A stretch of 64,000 nucleotides of DNA from Podarcis melisellensis (taxonomy: Eukaryota): assembly GCA_964234715.1 (NCBI GenBank), contig OZ174281.1; one strand, 5' to 3'. Positions 27,536 through 38,820 of the stretch are shown piece by piece; position 1 is the stretch's first letter; each line of letters begins with the position of its first letter. The translations under genes and the position numbers were made by a program. The notes under the pieces are model-generated. The model searched no databases. It saw only the letters and a list, made by a program, of their open reading frames with translations, and had not been told where the DNA came from.

Positions 27536-30454
27536 TACGATTGATACAGATCGGAACAGAATGTGCCGAGGATCACATTGATTTTTGCTCATTCATAAGT
27601 GTCTGCAATAACCATTAAGAATGGCGTGCTGATGTGCTCTGGGAGTTCTCCAGCGCTTAGCCTATTTACAGCTTTAGACAACCTGGACAGATTGTACATG
27701 GAAGTTTCCTGAATTGTTAACATCACCATTTGGCTAAAGAGGAGAATCGTGCTTTGAAAATTCCACTGAGCCTTGTCCAAGTCAAAACAGTATCGTAAAG
27801 GGTGCGATAATATACAAAGCGACAACATGGGAGTGGTAGGTCGAGCATGTCTAGGCATATGGCTGGAGTTCAGCGCTAAGGACAATGTGAAGGTGGACTC
27901 TCTGGTCCCCTATAATACCTGGGAGAAACTCACCGTCATAATGCAGGCTAGCATTGGGCTGAAAGGTGGCACTGCGGAAACATACAATTGGAGGCAACTG
28001 GCATTGGGAGTAGGCAGAAGCACAGTACTTCCAGAAGCCAAGCAGCTGCACAAGAGTTCTTATAAGAAATGGGTCTGGCTGATAAATGGCCATGTGCTTT
28101 GAGTGGAACCATCATTTTCAAGACCTTTGTCAAAGGCCTGGCAAATCTGGAACAATAATTGATGATCTGATAAAAGTTAATAGTCTTTTCTTGGGCTGGA
28201 TCATTAAAAAAAAATCAGGAAAATGCGTTGTAGAACTCATAATGGGAAATCACATTGCCGAAGAATCGAACTCTACAGCACCATCTGGTGTCGCATTTAA
28301 TTTTAATTTTTTATTTTACTAATGTAGCTGAGTCCCAGGACTCATGTGCAACTATTCGCCTGTTTTATAGTTTTGTTTTTCATGTTTTGATTTTCATTTG
28401 TTGTTATAATTGTTTTATATACACTATAAAAAGAAATAATGAAAAGCTTTTTCTTTAAAAAACAACAACCAGTGCCTCCGAACCATTTGCTTTCCCCTCA
28501 GTAACAATATTCTGCCTCACATAAGTAGGTTTCAAAAGTATGATTTTAAGGGAAGTTGGAGTTGTTGGTAATAATATTTTCAAAAGTGAATACTGCACGA
28601 ACCCATAAAAATAAAAGTTTTCTTACTGGTAACTCAGGGCCTTCATTGTCTTGGCAAAGAAAATAAAAAATCCACAGAAGAGGAAATCATGAAAAGAAAC
28701 CTTTGAGGTAATATATGAAGAATACAATGAAAAAGCTCTTTATTATCATGGAGGAAGGTAAACACCTAGTACAAAGAGCAGTATGTATGAAAAAGGGAAG
28801 CCCTATTGTTTATTCAGAGGTATGAAAAGAAATAGGTCAGTTAGTTTGTTTCCATGGTGACTATTATTGAAATAAGACAAACTGACATCAAAGCTGATTT
28901 ATTTTACTACTCGTTACCTTCTCTTAAAATCATTTTTATCCGAGATCTCAACTGGATATAAAAACACTATTTGGAAGAGCTTTCACAAGAAGATTTTGTC
29001 ATTGTTTATTAACGGGGAGAACGTACGGTGTAGAATATCCCATCAAAACAGCTCAGTTTTATGGAGCAATAATATTCCCAGCCTACTCCAAAATTGTCAA
29101 CACTGCACAAAAGTCAAAACCCTGAATGCTTCTTTTGTTTACGTGTAGATTAAGGGCACAATTTTGGATCTGCTGATGTCACATGCATTTGTTTATTTTA
29201 ATAAAACAAGAATTGCATTCTATGATTGTGGAGTTATTCATTCTGACCATTAAACACTAGATCCCATTGATGAGAGGGGGAAATCTTAATCCCATATTAA
29301 ACTAATGACCTGAATATTAGCTTCCACTGCACTTAACAGCAAAAGGGGGGGGAAAACCACTTCCAAGGCAGCAAACCCCAAAAAGAACTGTTCTGTTTTT
29401 CTATTGGTTTTTCCCTGTTGTAGAAAATTTTGGTGTCAATATGTACATAACAACTCTTCTTCCTGTAAGTATGCATATCTCTATAGACACACTGGCAGAT
29501 CAAATCTGCAGTTGAGATAAACTGGCTGAGTAGCTGTAGGATTTTGTTTTTTAACACAATTTAAATATGCCTTAATCATCTACAACCTGTAAGCAGAATA
29601 TAAAATGTAAATAATAGTCTGGCAGAGCTCATTATAATTTCTCCGATGCCCTCAATGTAGTGTTGCTCTGGAGCGCATTGTTAGGTTTTAAGACATGCAG
29701 TTCTTAAAGATTTCAATTAATGTTCTGCATTTTAATGAAGTCGTACACTGCCCTGGGGGGATGTTCTAGAAATACAATAAATAAATATGGAAAATTTAAA
29801 TGGTGGCTATATCCAGAATTTTTAAACTATTCCTTTCAGTTATAACATCTCTTTTAGCTACACAACAATTATTATAGGATCATCAAACAGAACTGACAGT
29901 TGAAAACTCTGAACTTGCCTAAAATTCACCGTACTAATCTTTACAGGCAAAACCCCCACAAACATACTCCTGCAGTTTCTCCTCAATCTAGTTTAGCCTA
30001 TGAAACTAGGCTGCTTCTATTTTCCACTTTCCGAGTAGGTTTTTTTTACTGGGCTGCCTGTTATGTTCATTGTCTAGCAGCATGCAGGGGGGCACCAATT
30101 AAAGATTTCTAAACTTGTTTAATACTTTTGAATGTCGCAGTTGCTGTGCATTCATGCTGTATATTTGTGCTCTTAAAAATCTATAAATAACTCCAGCAGT
30201 TTCCTTTGAGATCATTTTGCCCTGCTGAGCTCCAAGGTCTTTTTCTATTCATCCGTTGCTCAGTCTATGTACTTGTGGCTGATGACATCAGCAGAGTCCC
30301 ATTAAGTGAATTACAGCCTTGTATTCTCTCTAGCGCCATCCCTAATGCTGTGCCCTAAGTTCCCCCGAGTTCAATGCACTAACATAAGACACGGGTTGCT
30401 GCATATGTTCTCTCAATTCTCTCAAGTTTGTGCTGTGGTTGATTTGCCTCCTTA

Positions 30455-30785
30455 CACCTTGCATTCTTGTTCTTTTTAGGTAAGGTAATGGAGAAGGTTG
30501 TGGTGGGGCAACAGCAGGCATTTTTGGAATATAATCATTATCTAGAGCCATCTGAGCCTGGGTTCAAGCTTGGGAATGAACTGGACTTGATAATTCTTGT
30601 GGATGAGTTTTATCCAGAACAGGAGTGCAACTTTGCTCCTCCTTTCTTGATCTCTTTGTGGCTTTTGATACTACCTGGCCATGGTCTCCTCCTGGGCCAT
30701 CTTCGTGGCTATTTAGGGTTGCAGTGTTACAGTGGTTCTTGTCCTACCTAAGGGGCCGAGTCCAGAGAACTGTGTTGGCAGTTGT
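30455..30785 (+). mobile_element. L2 ORF2 (reverse transcriptase) fragment
   Basis: FLGKVMEKVV..Q...FLE...LEP...GFK; FLDLFVAFDT; VLQWFLSYLRGRVQ, spread over shifted frames. Confidence 0.85.
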
Positions 30786-31234
30786 CTTTAGCAGACATGT
30801 TGGTGGTTCTAAAACCACCTTATTTAATATGTTTCTCCAATTAATCCCAACACCATTCTCCAGTCTTTAACCACTCCCTAGTCCACAAAGCCAAGAAACT
30901 TCTGTGTTCTTGGCATACCCAACACTTCGCTTGCTGTATTTTCCCATGAAGTGAGATACCACTGTTCACTCTCCTGTTGCATGGCTACTGCCTTTTCAAT
31001 GCCACTTAAACAGTGGCTGAATGAGAATAATAAATACAAATGGGAAGAATATTGTAATAGATATGAATTCAGTGGGAGGCACATGAATCAGAACTAAAGC
31101 CTGTTGCTCAAAATGCAGGCATAGTTAAATGGGTCTATAATCAGTAGCCACCAACAGTGCAACCCTAACTTGAGGGTTGAGGCAAGCCCTGCTAAATTCA
31201 CTGGGACTTACTCCTATATTGGAGTGTATGGGTG

Positions 31235-32270
31235 TCAGGGGAGGAGTTGTACCTCTGGTGGGGGACATGTCATGGTCCTTCTGGGGTAGTTTGCCCGTCT
31301 TTAGTCCCCATCCCCATCTCTGCTCTCACCTATGGCTCCTAAAAACTGTCAGCATGCAACAGTGGCCACATCCCAGGAACGACTTTTGACTAGCGGGCTA
31401 AACCAAGGGGGGTAGCCAATGGGTCTCAAACCCTCAGCGAGTTAGGGACTTCCCCTGCATGTAAATACAGGCTCTGGCAGAATCAGCAGACAAGACCAAT
31501 AGTGGGTCCAGTTTCTGTACATGTTGTATAGTGAAGTGAGGGGCAGATGGGGCTTGCCAGCCTGGTAAGGTAGCCCTTCTAGGAGAAGGAAAGCTTTGAT
31601 TCTAAAGCTTTGCTGGTTTGTGGGACATAAGGTTAAGAAGCACACCCTCCGTGAATTTAGTGTGGAGTCACTAAGAGGGTTGGATGGACCCTGTATGCCT
31701 TTTTCTGGTAAAGCTGGTGCCAAACATATTGCTCTGCTTTCCTTTGGCCCACATTAGCAGAGGTAAGGCAAAGGACCCCTGGACAGTTAAGTCCAGTCAA
31801 AGGTGACTATGGGAGTGCAGAGCTCATCTTGCTTTCAGGCCGAGGGAGCTGCAAACATCTTTCCAGGTCATGTGGCCAGCATGACTAAACCCCTTCTGGT
31901 GCAACAGAACACCATGATGAAAACCAGAGTGCACGGAAACACCGTTTACCTTCCTGCCGCATTGGTACATATTTATTCACTTGCACTGGCGTGCTTTCAA
32001 ACTGCTAGGTTGGCAGCAGCTGGGACAGAGCAACGGGAGCTCACCCCCCCCCCCCGCCCATCATGGAGATTCGAACCAACAACCTTCTGATCGGCAAGCC
32101 CGAGAGGCTCAGTGGTTCAGACCACAGCGCCACCTGCATCCAATCAGAAAGGGATCTTGTTGTCTGGGCAGCCCAGGACCTCCATAGTGCTCCCAGGCTT
32201 GCTTCCCAGGAGGTCGCTTTGGTGCTGCTAACACAGCAGTTTGACTTCGTCACTTGGAGGTGTCCTCCAT
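31235..32270 (+). mobile_element. Probable RTE-type LINE 5'UTR remnant, interrupted by Sauria SINE copy 3
   Basis: GCCAGCCTGGTAAGGTAGCCCTTCTAGGAGAAGGAAA and GGTGCCAAACATATTGCTCTGCTTTCCTTTGG...GGGCAGCCCAGGACCTCC resemble a recalled lizard repeat; the sequence resumes after the SINE. Confidence 0.45.
31761..32141 (-). mobile_element. Sauria SINE, copy 3 (different subfamily), nested in an older element
   Basis: Same core motifs with variant head (GGCTCAGTGGTTCAGACCACAGCGCCACC) and tail (GGACCCCTGGACAGTTAAGTCCAGTC). Confidence 0.88.
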
Positions 32271-32479
32271 TGTCTCTCCAGACAGATGGATGCCAACATC
32301 TCCTTACTGAGTATGCTTAAAGTCTGCAGCACAAAGCCTGTTCAGTTATTCAGCATTCAAAAAGGGAAAGTTTCCCATCGGAATATGATTGACGGATGTG
32401 AACAGTTCCTTCCAGGTCACTGGGATTAGGACTGCTGCCTGCCTCTCTGCACTGGGGGCACAAGATCTCCGTACCCCTC

Positions 32480-33720
32480 ATCGCCGAACACACATTACAG
32501 TAACTTAAGCTGCCACCCTTCTTCCTGTTGCCGACCGCATGCTATTTATTGCGGGCACGACGCATGCGCTTATTTCCCCGCCGCCGCCTCCCGAGCCGCG
32601 CGTGCGCGCTAGCACCAGCCCTTTTTCGCATCCGTGTTTTCCTGCCCCTCGCTGGCCGCGCGCACCCCTGTATGTGGGCGCGCGCGGCCGCTTCAGAGGC
32701 GCGTTCTGGCTTTTCACCCCCCCCCTCCCTCCCCTCAAGAGTTCGAACCGCCCAACCGCCTCTCCCTCCGCCATCGTTGCGTGAGGGGTGTGTGCGCGCG
32801 CGCGCACGCGCGCGCGTCGGACCAAAGGCACAGGGGAGGGGGGAGGGAAAGGGGGAGGGGGCAATCATGCCGCGGGGGCGGCCTCCAAAACCCGGCGGTA
32901 GAGAAAACACCAAAGCAGCCACCGAGTCAGGTAAAAAATAAAAAAAAAATAAAAGAGGAGGAGGCGCGGCCGGGCTCAGCAAAAGAGAAAAGCAAGAGCA
33001 AAACAAAACGTCTCCGGGCGCCGGGCTGAATCCCTCACATCGCTCGCGCAGGGTGAGAAAGGCACCGCGAAACAATCCGCCGGGCCTCGCATATAGTCCC
33101 CGGATATGGAGGAAGGCGAAGGAGGAAGGCCGGGCCTATTGTGCGAGGGACTTAGTGTGCGGCCGGCCCTGTGCGGAATGATACCGAGCTAACTCCGCGC
33201 AGCCGGAGGCGGAGGAGCGCATGTTGCTACCGCCGCGCGCGCTTATAAATCTATATATAGAGGGAGGGAAGGCGAGATTCTGTCAGAACGGGCGAGGGAA
33301 GGGAAGCGGGACGGGGAGCGAGGAGGAGGAGGAGGGCGGCGGCGGCGTCTCCTCTTCTCCCCGTTTGAGGCGCCCTTTCTAAGGCGATCGGTGGCGCGGG
33401 GGAAATGGGGGGTTCCCATAGCGGGGTGGTTCCGATCCCGTGGCGAGCGATGCGCTCTCGAGGCGTCCGTGTGAAGGGACGGGCTTTCCCGCAGCCTCGA
33501 GAGGAATGCGGGCGGCGCCACCTTTGCGGGCGCTCCGCTGCAGCAGCGGCGGCGGCGGTTCCTCTCTCTGGAGCCTTGCTTGAGCAACACCCTGCCTTCA
33601 CCCTCTGGTGCTCCGCGACCATGTCGGAAGGCAGGAAGGCTGTGTGTAGTAGTGGCGGTGCGAGGTCTGCTTTGTGTTCTTCTTCGAGCCCCGAGACCCA
33701 CCAAGGTGCAAAAAGGACAG
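32480..33720. promoter_or_regulatory. CpG-island promoter of ZNF236
   Basis: Abrupt switch to very GC/CpG-rich sequence in a CpG-depleted background. NRF1-like GCGCATGCGC/GCGCGTGCGC motifs at ~32559-32610, GC/GA boxes, and a YY1-like CCGCCATC at ~32768. Contains the first coding exon. Confidence 0.9.
32867..32930 (+). CDS. ZNF236: ZNF236 coding exon 1 (MPRGRPPKPGGRENTKAATES, ends phase 1)
   Basis: gcaatcATG start (A at -3). Donor TCAG|gtaaaa. 64 nt, phase 1, completing codon G+AT (Asp) with exon 2. Confidence 0.85.
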
Positions 33721-34155
33721 GCTCTGAAAATGGGAGAATTCTGAGCCAGGGATTAGCTCGGAGTACCAGAACTCGGATGAAGTCTTAACTCTCACACAAA
33801 CCACTCCGTTCCTGGATTCCCCAAGCTGACTTCATTTCAGCAGCTTAGGTAGAGAGGGAAACCATTTCGTCCTTGCAATTGGGGGTCAAACCCTTGCTGA
33901 CGCTGCCCACCTCTGCTTTCAAATCCGTGGAACTTTTGAGGCCCTGGCGCTTTTTGTATTCCAGTCCTGAGCCTTTTTATCCAAAAAAGCAAGGTTAGGG
34001 CATCATAGGGTACCATTGCTGCTCTTTTCCAGGTGTTGATGGCTTGGGGATTTTTGGACAGTACTTCCTGAGCAGAGGAGGGGGTACTGTTGATGTTGTG
34101 CTTTGTGGCCCAGCCACAGCAATGTTCTATTTTACTTAACATCCTATGGTAGTAC

Positions 34156-34290
34156 CAGACTGGTGAACCTGTGGCCCTCCTGATGTTATTGGACTACAAC
34201 TCCCATTTGTTGTGGCAGCATGGCTATTGGTCAGAGATGGGAGTTGTACTGCAGAACATCTGGAGGGCCACGGGTTCACCAGCCTTGGCC
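34156..34290. mobile_element. Same palindromic MITE family (further decayed copies at ~7030-7150, ~7343-7461, ~50920-51030)
   Basis: GGTGAACCTGTGGCCCTCC...GGACTACAACTCCCAT...ATGGGAGTTGTA...GGAGGGCCACGGGTTCACC. Confidence 0.8.
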
Positions 34291-35253
34291 TATCCATCCT
34301 TTGTCCTGAACTTGGTGGAACTTTTTTTCTGAGTAGGCATGATTAGGATTACATTGAAGTATTACATTTAGGTAGATTTTGGATGTAAAAGACAGGGAAA
34401 CTAAATATAATATTTTCTTGCATCTATTTTCCTCCCCCACCCCTGCATCTCAAGCATAATTGGCTTTTGTTCTGCTCATCTTGCCCCAGTTCTCAAACCA
34501 TTATATATATAAAAAAACTACTTGAAAGGTAGATATCTCTTCTACAGTTGTTTTAAAAACCAAAACCCTGACCCATTATATAGCTTGCTGGGCACAATCT
34601 CTGCTGGTGAAACAGCAGCAAGTTGGTGGTGGCAATTTTCTCAGATTGTGTGTTGTTTCCTGCTTCAACCCATTGTTCTAAATGCCTGCTGTGAGAGTAG
34701 GAGGAGCACAAATCCAACTGGTGAAATAGCAGTTAGTGATGGTTTAGTAGTTGTATACCCACATCTGTCTATTGCTCTAATTGATTACTTTCTTCCACAT
34801 TCAGTATTTGACACCTTTCGCAGGTGGGTCTCCAAAAGAATCATGTTGTGAAGGGGCCAAGAATAAACAAAGCAATGGGTGTATGAAAGGGGTTCAAATA
34901 AGTTGGCCAGATTTCAGAGAGGAAATGTTAAAAACCCAGGCATACCTAACCATCTCATTATGGCTGTTGTAGATGATAGATAGTTGAAGCCTGATGGAAC
35001 TGGTCCTTAGCAGCGGTGATGAAGAGGCCCTGCAGTCTGCTCTTTTATAGGCTGCTGTACATTACACTTGTGGGGTATCTCATTAAAGTTTCCTGTATTT
35101 CTGAAGAATGTTTTCCTGTATCCCTGCTTATAGTCTGAGTGTATATCCACAACAAAAGTGAACTTGTTGCAGTGTGCAGTGATAGGAGACATTTCTTCCT
35201 TAAAAACACCTCATGTTAAAGTTGTCACAGAGATGAAGTGGTGAAATCACAGT

Positions 35254-35475
35254 GAGTGCCAGTGTGATGTATTGGTTAGAGTAGTGGACTAGGACATAGG
35301 AGATCGGGGTTCAAGTCCCCACTAGCCATGAAGCTCACTGGGTGACCTCGGGCCACTTACTGTCTCTCAGCCTAACCTACCTCATAGGGTTGTTCTTAGG
35401 AATAAATGGGGATGGGGGAACCATGTAGCTTGAGCTCCTTTGAGAAAAAGGTGGGCTAGAGAAATAGAATGAATT
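35254..35475 (+). mobile_element. tRNA-derived SINE (Squam3/MIR-like)
   Basis: A-box-like TGATGTATTGG and B-box GGTTCAAGTCC, then CATGAAGCTCACTGGGTGACCTCGGGCC...CTCTCAGCCTAACCTACCTC and an A-rich tail. Confidence 0.8.
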
Positions 35476-36368
35476 TATGTTAGTACCTAGCAGCTCTGGT
35501 CTTCTGTACTTCAAGGGGAGCCTGCGAAGTTGGTTACACTTCTTTTGGCGGGAAGGCTCCAACCACAAAACAAGTCAGTATCTTGTTTCAAAAACTATGA
35601 AAGAAGCCTATATTCACATTCTACTTACTGTTTTGGGAGACAGTTTCCTTTTTGAACTTTACACTATTTTAAGAATTAGTATTGGTTACAAAACACAAGA
35701 TGGACAGAGTGTAATATGTACAGGTGCTGAAGTAAACAAAGTGAACAATGTGCAGTTTTTAAAAATCAGAACTAAGTTAATATCTGTGAGTACAATCTTG
35801 ATACCACAACTTAGCCCATTGATTTCACTGGGTTTTTGTATGCCTAATTCCACAAAGGATCAGGCTGTTAAGAATCCCTCAACACAATAGAACATAATAA
35901 ACATGCAGATAGTTCTACAAATTTAGCTTATTTTTAATAGTATTGTAATTAGCATTCTGTTGCGTATTTGGGGTCTTGAGAATGGGATACAAGTGCAGAG
36001 TTGCAAGTACACCTTTCTATTTAGATTGTTCACTGAGTCAGCAGTCGTTTATTATATTTTATATAACTTCTGAAATCACTGTGATTCTACAAGAATAAAT
36101 AAGAAGATTGCAACCTATGTAACCTGAAAAGTTTGCTACAAATTAAAGGGAAAAGAGTAAAGGTTAACTTGCATTTTTAATATATGCTGTTGAGAGCTTT
36201 AGGCAATGAAATAATTTATTTTCAAATTATGCATATTTTTTACAATAACAAAACTAGAAAAAAAATACAAAACTTTGCAAATGGTAATGGACATTTTTGA
36301 GCAGCTGTAAAATAAGCAATCAGAACAAGTAGCATTGTTTCATTAAAAAAAGTTTGTTTATTTTGTAG

Positions 36369-36511
36369 ATGGTGTTCTAACACTGAATACAGAGAATAAT
36401 AATTATACCCAGCAAGTACCAAACATCCGTAAGTGTGAGATCTGTTTTCTGTCTTTTTCGAAAGACACACAATTCCAGCGCCATATGAGGGATCATGAGC
36501 AAAATGACAAG
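36369..36511 (+). CDS. ZNF236: ZNF236 exon 2 ([48 protein letters not shown]; finger 1)
   Basis: ttttgtag acceptor and gtgagt donor. Matches the ZNF236 N-terminus as recalled (DGVLTLN...KCEIC...QFQRHMRDH). Not in the ORF track. Confidence 0.93.
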
Positions 36512-37064
36512 GTGAGTATCTCAATAAATCTGAGTAGCTCTTGTGACAAAATGACTGATGTGGAATAGGTGCACAAATCTCCATTTAATTTCCTCATGAA
36601 TCAAATTCCAGGGTTCTTTGTAAACCTAATTTTGAGGAAGCTTAATAACATGGAGCTTTTCTACCTCTTGTCATATGCATATCCAGGAAGATATAAGATA
36701 TATCACATTTTGAAAGACACTATTCTTGTTTCCAGCTTAGGAAGAAATGGCTGTATTTGGGGCATAACCGCTTGCTCAAGCCACTGAATATATAAATCTA
36801 TTAATAATCTAGGAAACAACAATATACAAATTCAAGCTTTATCAAGATGTAATGCCATTGTTTTAGGCAATACAAAAGATCTTAATATTATTTAAAATTC
36901 TGTTGCACAAATTAAAAATCTAGAATCATAATAAGGAAAGAAGTAAATGAACAATCATTTTCCAGTGAAATGTTTCAGGTTGGTTTTCCTCTCTTAAAGC
37001 TGAAATGTGTAAAGCTCAGTTATCACTCCAAAAGTGCATTGTGTGGGGAAAGTTTTAAGGTGTG

Positions 37065-37268
37065 TTGGCATAAAGATGGTTTTGCAAAGACAGTAAATAA
37101 ATGCTGTAATAAGGTGTGGAAAAGGAAAGGAAGGCCATTGCAGAGATTTGAAGTTTTACTGTTTTGGCATAAAGATGGTTTTGCAAAGACAGTAAATAAA
37201 TGCTGTAATAAGGTGTGGAAAAGGAAAGGAAGGCCATTGCAGAGATTTGAAGTTTTACTGTTTTGGCA
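37065..37268. repeat. Perfect 99-bp tandem duplication
   Basis: Units start at 37065 and 37164 and read identically; TTGGCA recurs at 37065, 37164 and 37263. Confidence 0.95.
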
Positions 37269-37422
37269 ACTGGCACCATTTCATTTGGCCTTCGTTACTT
37301 ACTAAACCAGTGATGTTTTCGTGGTGGTTTACAATCATAATGATGTGACCTCTGTCTCATATTTTCTCGTCAATGGAATTATGAAGCTTAAATATTGCCT
37401 TGATTTTGTTTTCCACAAACAG

Positions 37423-37587
37423 CCTCATCGATGTGACCAGTGTCCGATGTCGTTTAATGTTGAGTTCAACCTTACACTGCATAAATGTACCCACAATGGA
37501 GAAGATCCTACTTGTCCTGTGTGCAACAAAAAATTCTCTAGAGTGGCTAGTCTTAAAGCTCATATTATGCTTCATGAAAAGGAAGAG
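37423..37587 (+). CDS. ZNF236: ZNF236 exon 3 (PHRCDQC...HIMLHEKEE; fingers 2-3)
   Basis: aaacag acceptor, gtgact donor; 165 nt, phase 0-0; two C2H2 motifs. Confidence 0.95.
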
Positions 37588-37845
37588 GTGACTATTATCT
37601 TCGTTTTTGAAGTACATACAGAATACAAAGATGTGGAGGGGAGTAGGGAACTGTTTTTTGACTTGCAAATGGTGTCATGCTTAATAAATTTTTTGACGTA
37701 CGTGTGACCCTGATCCCAGATTGTTATAGACAATTTTTCTACCAGCAAAGGATTGAAAATGCTTAAAGTGATGAAATATTATTATAAAGTAATGTATTTT
37801 TATGCTGTTTTAGAAAAGAATCAAACCAGTTTACTATCTTTGCAG

Positions 37846-38024
37846 AATCTTATATGTTCAGAGTGTGGAGATGAGTTTACTTTGCAGAGCCAGCTGGCCT
37901 TACACATGGAAGAACACCGTCAAGAATTGTCTGGAAGCAAAACCCATATCTGTAAAACCTGTAAGAAAGAGGTTGAAACATCTTCCCAACTAAAGGAGCA
38001 CATGAAAACTCATTACAAAATAAG
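37846..38024 (+). CDS. ZNF236: ZNF236 exon 4 ([11 protein letters not shown]...HMKTHYKIR; fingers 4-5)
   Basis: tttgcag acceptor, gtgaga donor; 179 nt, phase 0-2. Confidence 0.95.
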
Positions 38025-38457
38025 GTGAGAATAGCTAAACAACTAAAGAACAAGTAGGTTAAAAGCCCAGTAACTTCTCTGGCTGACCCATCATGCTTGC
38101 CTTCCTTAGAAACTCTAGGATGAACACCCATAAGCAAAAGTAGGCCAACCAGATTTCACACTGATATCTTAACTCAGGTAGCTATTGCCATGAAACATCA
38201 TCCTTATGCCTAGGTGAAGTTCCACGTGAAGCACAACAGTTAGTAAAGCTGACAGGGTTTTGTTATGCATCCTTCCTTCGTTAATTCAAGTGACTTTTCG
38301 TATTGTTGCTTAAACTCTGCTAAACATATCAGGAATATTTTATTTCAAGCGGAGGCATTTTGATTGGCAAGAATACTGTGGAGGAAGATAAATGAGCAAA
38401 AATTATGTAGGAAAGCAGAACATCAATTCAGTAACAGGGAGCTGTTTATAACTAATA

Positions 38458-38820
38458 GGTAAAGGTACCCCTGCCCATACGGGCCAGTCGTGTCCGACTC
38501 TGGGGTTGCGCGCCCATCTCACTTAAGAGGCCGGGGGCCAGCGCTGTCTGAAGACACTTCCGGGTCACGTGGCCAGCGTGACAAGCTGCATCTGGCGAGC
38601 CAGCACCAGTGCAGCACACAGAAACGCCGTTTACCTTCCCGCTAGTAAGTGGTCCCTATTTATCTACTTGCACTTTGACGTGCTTTCGAACTGCTAGGTT
38701 GGCAGGCGCTGGGACCGAGCAACGGGAGCGCACCCTGCCGCGGGGATTCGAACCGCCAACCTGACGATCGGCAAGTCCTAGGCGCTGAGGTTTTACCCAC
38801 AGCGCCACCCGTGTCCCTAG
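38458..38820 (-). mobile_element. Sauria SINE, copy 4, young (ZNF236 intron 4)
   Basis: Full length with CpGs retained; perfect 14-bp TSD GTTTATAACTAATA at 38444-38457 and 38821-38834. Confidence 0.95.

Noticed and set aside
32505-33804. Many overlapping 100-180 aa ORFs on both strands
   Set aside because: Expected from stop-codon scarcity in a GC-rich CpG island; the products are R/A/P/G low-complexity. Only 32867-32930 fits the gene model.
35254-35330. tRNA gene
   Set aside because: A/B boxes are present but I see no intact cloverleaf, and the sequence continues as a SINE body.
37065-37268. CRISPR-like or other repeat-spacer array
   Set aside because: Two directly abutting units with no spacers, in eukaryotic intron context.
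36970-37305. ORF with a duplicated 33-aa peptide
   Set aside because: By-product of the 99-bp intronic duplication; no splice or homology support.
6632-38820. All four Sauria SINEs on the minus strand
   Set aside because: With four copies, a shared orientation has 1-in-8 probability by chance.
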